From the NCBI GenBank assembly GCA_003158295.1, contig PMIP01000084.1, forward strand, positions 48,992 to 112,991: a DNA stretch of 64,000 nucleotides, read 5' to 3'. The notes under the pieces were generated by a model. It made no database searches. It saw nothing but the letters and a program-made list of their open reading frames with translations, and had not been told where the DNA came from. Source of the DNA: Chloroflexota bacterium (GTDB lineage Bacteria; Chloroflexota; Limnocylindria; Limnocylindrales; CSP1-4). Shown piece by piece: positions 59,430 to 64,000 of the stretch. Each line of letters opens with the position of its first letter. The stretch's first letter is position 1. The position numbers were made by a program, and so were the translations under genes.

Positions 59430-60215
59430 CTACGCTCCGGCCGCGGTGAGGATGAAGTCCGTGCCGAAAGCGGCCAGGAGTCCGATCGTCAGCGCTACGC
59501 CCGTCACGATCGGCACCGAGAAGCGACGCGACACGGCCATCATCTCGTTGAAGACGAATATCAGCGCGCCCGCCGCCAACCCCAGGAAGAGGATCGACAG
59601 GATCGGCGAGACGATCGCGTAGCCGAGCACGCCGCCGGCGAATGTGGGCCCGCCGCCCACGACCCCGGCCGCGCCCAGGAAGCTCCAGCTCGGCAGCTCA
59701 CCCTGGCCGAGGGGAGCGGCGATGGCGAAGCCCTCCGTGGCGTTGTGCATGGCGAAGCCGATCACCAGGATCAGCGCGAAGGCCGTGGCGCCGGTCGCCG
59801 CCGACTGGCCGATGGCCAGGCCCTCGGAGAAGTTGTGCAATCCGAGCCCTACCGCGGTCCCAAGCGCGACCTGGCGTGGGGTTATAGGGATGACACCGCC
59901 TTGACGAGCGGCCATTCGGGAGGTCAGGTACGTGACCGACAGCAACCCGACCGCGATGCTGACGCCCAGCGTCAATGCGTAGGCGGCGAACTGGCCCGCC
60001 GAGCCACCGGCTCGCGCCGAGTCCAGGGCGGCTTTCACCGGCTCGACCGCCTGAGACAGCACGTCGTATATGAGGAAGAGGATGACTCCGCCGGCGCCCG
60101 TGGTCAGCGCAGCCTGCCACTTGCGCGGCAGCCCTCTCAGCCTGCCGACGGGCAATCCCAGGAAGATCGTCCCGCCGGCGAACGCAGCCAGCGCCACGGT
60201 CTGGGCGAAACTCAT
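59430..60215 (-). CDS. ZIP-family divalent metal (zinc) transporter
   Basis: 261 aa. HNFSEGLAIG and HNATEGFAIA signature helices of ZupT/ZIP. Confidence 0.8.
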   Translation of the reverse strand: MSFAQTVALAAFAGGTIFLGLPVGRLRGLPRKWQAALTTGAGGVILFLIYDVLSQAVEPVKAALDSARAGGSAGQFAAYALTLGVSIAVGLLSVTYLTSRMAARQGGVIPITPRQVALGTAVGLGLHNFSEGLAIGQSAATGATAFALILVIGFAMHNATEGFAIAAPLGQGELPSWSFLGAAGVVGGGPTFAGGVLGYAIVSPILSILFLGLAAGALIFVFNEMMAVSRRFSVPIVTGVALTIGLLAAFGTDFILTAAGA

Positions 60216-60321
60216 ACGGCCCTCTCGCTAATCCTTAGTAACTATGTCGGAATTAGCCCGAATGCTAGTGGCCGCTCAGAGGCGAGTCAAGCCTCGATCG
60301 ACGGTTCGCCGCGAGGCAGCT

Positions 60322-61119
60322 CTACTTGACTTCGAACGAGCGTTTGGCCAGCCCGAGCCAGTAGCCGTCGATCGTGAACTTGGGCGCTGAGCCGGGTTCG
60401 GTGGCGGCGCCGAGGGTCACGAAGAGTGGCGCGAAATGCTCCACGGTGGGGTGGGCGTACGGCATCCCCGGTGCCCGGTTGCGGAAGTCGAAGAGGGAGT
60501 CGAGGTCGCCCCGCTCGAGCTTCTCGACCGTCCACAGGTCGAACTCCTTCGACCACTCGGGCGCTCCGGGCCGGCCGCTGAAGTAGTCGTGGACGAAGGG
60601 CAGTCCATGGGTCATGAAGCCGCTGCCCATGATCAGGACGCCCTCGTCTCGGAGTGGCGCCAGTCGCCGGCCGATCGCGAAGAGGTGCGCCGGATCCAGA
60701 TCGGGCATGGACATCTGGAGGATCGGAATCTCCGCGTCCGGATACATGATCAGCAGCGGTATGAATGCCCCGTGGTCCAGGCCGCGGTTGCGCTGAGCCA
60801 CTGGTTCGTCCGCGGGCATGACGGCCATGACCCTCTCCGCCAGCTCGGGCGCGCCGGGCGAATCGTACTGAAGCTGGTAGTAGCGCTCCGGGAAGCCGTA
60901 GAAGTCGTAGACGAGCGGCGCCGGATCGGTGGCGCCCAGGGTCAGCGGCGCCGACTGCCAGTGCGCGCTGACGACCAGGATCGACTTCGGGCGAGGCATG
61001 GCGGCCGCCCAGGCGGCAAGCTCCGCCGGCCAGGTCGTGTCGTCGATGAGGGTAGGTGCGCCATGGCCCAGGTAGACGGCCGGCAGGCGTCCGGGGGTGG
61101 CAGGTTGCGAGTCGGGCAT
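60322..61119 (-). CDS. class III extradiol ring-cleavage dioxygenase subunit B (LigB/YgiD, 4,5-DOPA dioxygenase-like)
   Basis: 265 aa. LGHGAP ... SAHW ... GSGFMTH motifs. Confidence 0.8.
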   Translation of the reverse strand: MPDSQPATPGRLPAVYLGHGAPTLIDDTTWPAELAAWAAAMPRPKSILVVSAHWQSAPLTLGATDPAPLVYDFYGFPERYYQLQYDSPGAPELAERVMAVMPADEPVAQRNRGLDHGAFIPLLIMYPDAEIPILQMSMPDLDPAHLFAIGRRLAPLRDEGVLIMGSGFMTHGLPFVHDYFSGRPGAPEWSKEFDLWTVEKLERGDLDSLFDFRNRAPGMPYAHPTVEHFAPLFVTLGAATEPGSAPKFTIDGYWLGLAKRSFEVK

Positions 61120-61251
61120 CGATGGATCCTCTCGGAAGATGTCCGACTATCGTCGCCGTTGATGCCGGCCCTGTCATCGCCTTCGCGCTGAGCGGCGTGC
61201 GAGCCGCAACAACGGCCGCCGCGGAGGCCGACCCCACCTGACCTCTACGAG

Positions 61252-61713
61252 CTACCCGGCCGGGGTCGAGTGATCGAGCACCTTGTGTAGAAACAGGGCG
61301 CTATCCGGGCACGCTCCGGTGAACTCGGGAGAGCCACGGAGTTGCGCCGGGGCGGTGTCGCGCGCCATCAGCGAATAGCCCAGCCGCGGGAACCAGTCGC
61401 CGGCGGTCTCGGTGAGCAAGTAGAGCTGTCCGATGCCGAGGCTCGTGGCGGTGGCCTCCGCTTCGGCGACGAGACGGCGACCAAGACCGGTGTTCCGAAG
61501 GTGGGGCGCGACGCAGACCGACCGCAGCAGCCCGATCGAGCCATACGGCTCGACGGCGGCGCAGCCCACGATCTCGCGGTCGTCGGTTGCATCGAGTGCG
61601 ACGACGGCCGTCGTGGCCGCAAGCTCGAACCCGGCAGTCGGTAGGCCGCTGGCCTGCAGGAGGCTCTCGATGGCCGTCCGATCGGCCGTGTGGGCGCGTT
61701 CTATCGAGATCAT
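61252..61713 (-). CDS. GNAT-family N-acetyltransferase (ArsN-like, co-operonic with arsM)
   Basis: Acetyl-CoA motif A RNTGLGRRLV. ATGA overlap with arsM. Internal ATG at 61713 behind gggagga. Confidence 0.7.
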   Translation of the reverse strand: MISIERAHTADRTAIESLLQASGLPTAGFELAATTAVVALDATDDREIVGCAAVEPYGSIGLLRSVCVAPHLRNTGLGRRLVAEAEATATSLGIGQLYLLTETAGDWFPRLGYSLMARDTAPAQLRGSPEFTGACPDSALFLHKVLDHSTPAG

Positions 61714-62513
61714 CCGCAGCAAGCTCCTCCCGAGCGGCCCACGGCCGCGACGCCCGCAGGCGCGAGGTCGGCAGTCGAAGCCGCACCGGCCCCTACCGGC
61801 TTGGTCGCCTTGACGATGACACTGTACATGCGGTCGGCGACCTGATGGCTGACGGTCAGCGACACGTCGGCGAGCCCGACCTGCTCGAGCCCGGAGCGGA
61901 ACTCCGAGAAGGAGAGGGCGCCGGCGATGCAGCCGGTGTAGGTCCCCAGGGCGGCCCGCTCTTCGGCGGTCAGCGTGTCGTCGGCGACGATGTCCGTGAT
62001 GCCGATCCGGCCGCCGGGCCGCAGGACTCGCGCGATCTCGCGGAACACGGCGGGCTTGTCGGCGGCGAGGTTCACGACGCAGTTGCTGATGACGACGTCG
62101 ATCGAGGCGGCCGGCAATGGGATCGACTCGATCTGGCCCTTCAGCCACTCGACGTTGGTGGCCCCGGCCTGGGCTGCGTTGCGCTGGGCCAGGGTGAGCA
62201 TCTCATCGGTCATGTCCAGGCCGAAAGCGCGGCCGGTCGGGCCCACGCGGCGGGCCGAGAGCAGCACGTCGATGCCGCCGCCGGAGCCCAGATCCAGGAC
62301 CCGCTCTCCGTCGTGGAGATCCGCGACCATGATCGGATTGCCGCAGCCGAGCGAGGCCAGGACCGCCGCGTCGGGCAGCTCCTCGCGCTCGAGAGCCGAG
62401 TACAGGTTGCCGCCGTAATCGCCGCTGTCGCCGGAGCAGGACTCGTTGTTCAGTACGCTGAGGGCGGCTTCGCCGTAGTGCCGGCGAACGGTCTCGTGGA
62501 TCTGGTCGGTCAT
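61710..62513 (-). CDS. arsM: arsenite S-adenosylmethionine methyltransferase
   Basis: SAM motif VLDLGSGGGID. Conserved As(III)-binding cysteines (ESCSGD, NCVVNL, C-terminal CC). Internal start MTDQIHE at 62513. Confidence 0.8.
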   Translation of the reverse strand: MTDQIHETVRRHYGEAALSVLNNESCSGDSGDYGGNLYSALEREELPDAAVLASLGCGNPIMVADLHDGERVLDLGSGGGIDVLLSARRVGPTGRAFGLDMTDEMLTLAQRNAAQAGATNVEWLKGQIESIPLPAASIDVVISNCVVNLAADKPAVFREIARVLRPGGRIGITDIVADDTLTAEERAALGTYTGCIAGALSFSEFRSGLEQVGLADVSLTVSHQVADRMYSVIVKATKPVGAGAASTADLAPAGVAAVGRSGGACCG

Positions 62514-62735
62514 CGGATCGCCCTCAGCAAGCGCAGGTGGAGGGGGTGGTGCGGCTGGAGAAGAGACGGTCGACAATGCCGGAGAACCGAGACGGTCGTG
62601 CGGGTGTCCGGTGGGAGTGCTGCCGGCGAGCTTCGGTGGCCTCGCGGAGGCGTTCCTCCGTCAGTAGCTTCACAAGTCTTGGACTGTAGTAGAGGGACAT
62701 CGTTGGCTCCTTTCGGAGCGGACCCTAAGACATTC

Positions 62736-62753
62736 ATTGATACTTGTCAATAT
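62736..62753. promoter_or_regulatory. imperfect inverted repeat ATTGATAC-TTGTCAAT in the arsM/arsR divergent promoter region; candidate ArsR operator
   Basis: Sits in a locally AT-richer 250-bp divergent intergenic region. Confidence 0.35.
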
Positions 62754-62778
62754 CCATTCGTGTCGATATGATGCGGTC

Positions 62779-63117
62779 ATGAGGCGCCAGACAGACCCGG
62801 ACGTCCTGCTTCTCCAGGCCGCCGCCGACCCGACCAGGCTGGCCATCTTGCGCCAGCTCAGCACGGACGGGGAGGTCTGCGCCTGCGACTTCACAGCCTG
62901 CTGCGACGTCGCCCAGCCGACCATCTCGCACCATCTGAAGGTTCTACGTGAGTCGGGCTGGGTTACTAGCGAGCGCCGGGGGACCTGGATCTGGTACTCG
63001 ATCTGCCCGGATGCGGTGACGCGGTTCCGGGGGATGGCCGGGGAGATCTCGCCCGGCGCCCCCCGCCCCGCTACCGTGCTTGCCGCCGCGCTGAGCGCTC
63101 CAGCCCCAGCCCGATAG
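62779..63117 (+). CDS. arsR: ArsR/SmtB-family metalloregulator
   Basis: HTH with the As(III)-binding EVCACDF motif ahead of the recognition helix. Confidence 0.8.
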   Translation: MRRQTDPDVLLLQAAADPTRLAILRQLSTDGEVCACDFTACCDVAQPTISHHLKVLRESGWVTSERRGTWIWYSICPDAVTRFRGMAGEISPGAPRPATVLAAALSAPAPAR

Positions 63118-63204
63118 ACACGGCCGCCGTCCACCTCGAGTCGGATCGTCTCCTGCGCAGGCCCAGGCCGAGTACCTCGGCAGGCGCGCCGCAATCGGGA
63201 CCCC

Positions 63205-63235
63205 TTGACCTTCAAGTAACTTGAAGGTGTAGGGT
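63205..63235 (+). promoter_or_regulatory. MerR-type promoter: -35 TTGACC, 19-bp spacer containing the perfect palindrome CCTTCAAGT-A-ACTTGAAGG, -10 TAGGGT
   Basis: The 19-bp spacer with a dyad operator between -35 and -10 is diagnostic of MerR-family-controlled promoters. Lies 7 nt upstream of the fusion-gene RBS and ATG. Confidence 0.6.
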
Positions 63236-63241
63236 GGGGTT

Positions 63242-64000
63242 ATGAAGGTCGCCGAGCTCGCCAGACGCGCCGGAGTGGCCCCGTCGGCCGTGCGGTTCTA
63301 TGAGGAGACGGGCGTTCTGCCGCCCGCGGCCCGCCTCGTCAACGGCTACCGCGAGTTCGACGCCACCGATCTGGCGCGGCTGCGCCTGGTCGTGGTCCTG
63401 CGACGGCTCGGGCTCGCGCCAGTGGATGCCGGACGGCTCGCGGCGCTGTGCATGGAGCGGGGCCGGATCGACACCGATCTGGCGCCGATGATCGCCGCCC
63501 AACGCGCCGCCATCGAGGGTCAGCGGGCCGATCTCGATCGTTTGTATTCAGAGTTAACAGACCTGGAGTTGACTATCGAGGCCGCCGGCCGTGCCCGGCG
63601 CACAAGCAAGGAAACAGCCATGTCCGCTGATCCGATCCGCGTCCTCTTCGTCTGCACCGGCAATTCGGCCCGCAGTCAGATCGCCGAAGCCCTGCTCAAG
63701 GATTTCGGTGCCTCCGACTTCGCCGTCTTCTCGGCGGGGACGGCGCCACAAGGCGTTAGTCCAGACACCGTGCGCGTCCTGGGCGAGATCGGGATCGACT
63801 GGTCCGGCGCCCAGGCCAAGTCCGTAACCGGGTTCGTGGGCCAGCCGTTCGACTACGTGATCACCGTCTGCGACCGGGCTCGCCAGACCTGCCCGGTCTT
63901 CCCGGGCCAGCACAACTCGCTCCATTGGGGTCTGGACGATCCGGCCGACGTCGACGGCACCGACGCGGAAAAGCTGGAAGCGTTTCGACGGACCCGCACC
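63242..64000 (+). CDS. arsC: fusion protein: N-terminal MerR-family HTH regulator domain plus C-terminal LMW-PTP-type arsenate reductase (ArsC); 3-prime end truncated by the window
   Basis: MKVAELARRAGVAPSAVRFYEETGVLPP (MerR HTH) plus coiled coil. Then, in the same frame with no stop, MSADPIRVLFVCTGNSARSQ (CX5R P-loop of LMW-PTP ArsC). My manual translation finds no stop through 64000. Absent from the ORF track, apparently because the frame has no stop before the window end. Confidence 0.7.
   Translation, partial: MKVAELARRAGVAPSAVRFYEETGVLPPAARLVNGYREFDATDLARLRLVVVLRRLGLAPVDAGRLAALCMERGRIDTDLAPMIAAQRAAIEGQRADLDRLYSELTDLELTIEAAGRARRTSKETAMSADPIRVLFVCTGNSARSQIAEALLKDFGASDFAVFSAGTAPQGVSPDTVRVLGEIGIDWSGAQAKSVTGFVGQPFDYVITVCDRARQTCPVFPGQHNSLHWGLDDPADVDGTDAEKLEAFRRTRT

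Overview
High-GC (about 70%) chromosomal window, most consistent with an actinobacterial-type genome: the F420-dependent LLM oxidoreductase, cytochrome bd, mycothiol-type LmbE deacetylase and GTGA start/stop overlaps all point that way. Most of it is densely packed housekeeping and envelope genes. I found no rRNA, tRNA, CRISPR array or transposase.

The main operons and cis elements I can support from the sequence:
- A thiamine-pyrophosphate riboswitch sits at about 5528-5612, followed by thiD-thiM-thiE-thiL and an NCS1-family transporter (cytX-like).
- The lysine branch is one minus-strand operon, dapB-dapA-dapD-lysA, linked by GTGA start/stop overlaps.
- metY-metX (methionine) lies behind a roughly 450-nt leader.
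- cydAB (cytochrome bd oxidase) has a perfect 18-bp direct repeat just ahead of its start.
- A glycerol-3-phosphate module runs from a glpA-like dehydrogenase with an iron-sulfur subunit through a PanE-like reductase to plsY.
- A heterodimeric ABC exporter pair follows a MarR regulator.
- gtrA, a GT39 glycosyltransferase and an OmpR/histidine-kinase two-component pair form one plus-strand block.
- mscL sits in a small membrane-protein cluster with RDD and SHOCT proteins.

Two accessory-like loci stand out:
1. 12.2-16.6 kb: a small divergent ORF, a five-TM membrane protein, a WYL-domain regulator and a SAMHD1-like HD-domain dNTP triphosphohydrolase. This reads as a candidate WYL-regulated nucleotide-depletion module, either for DNA-damage response or anti-phage defence.
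2. 61.2-64.0 kb: an arsenic locus made of arsM-arsN (GNAT), arsR with a candidate operator, and an unusual single ORF fusing an N-terminal MerR-family HTH to a LMW-PTP-type arsenate reductase. The fusion is driven by a textbook MerR-type promoter (TTGACC, 19-bp spacer holding a perfect 9-1-9 palindrome, TAGGGT).

Also worth a second look:
- a stand-alone protein of about 14 tandem TPR repeats
- a coiled-coil protein with an H1/Hlp-like AKP repeat
- paired 21-bp direct repeats just downstream of the two-component system

Many of the long ORFs in the six-frame track are antisense artifacts of the high GC content and were rejected.
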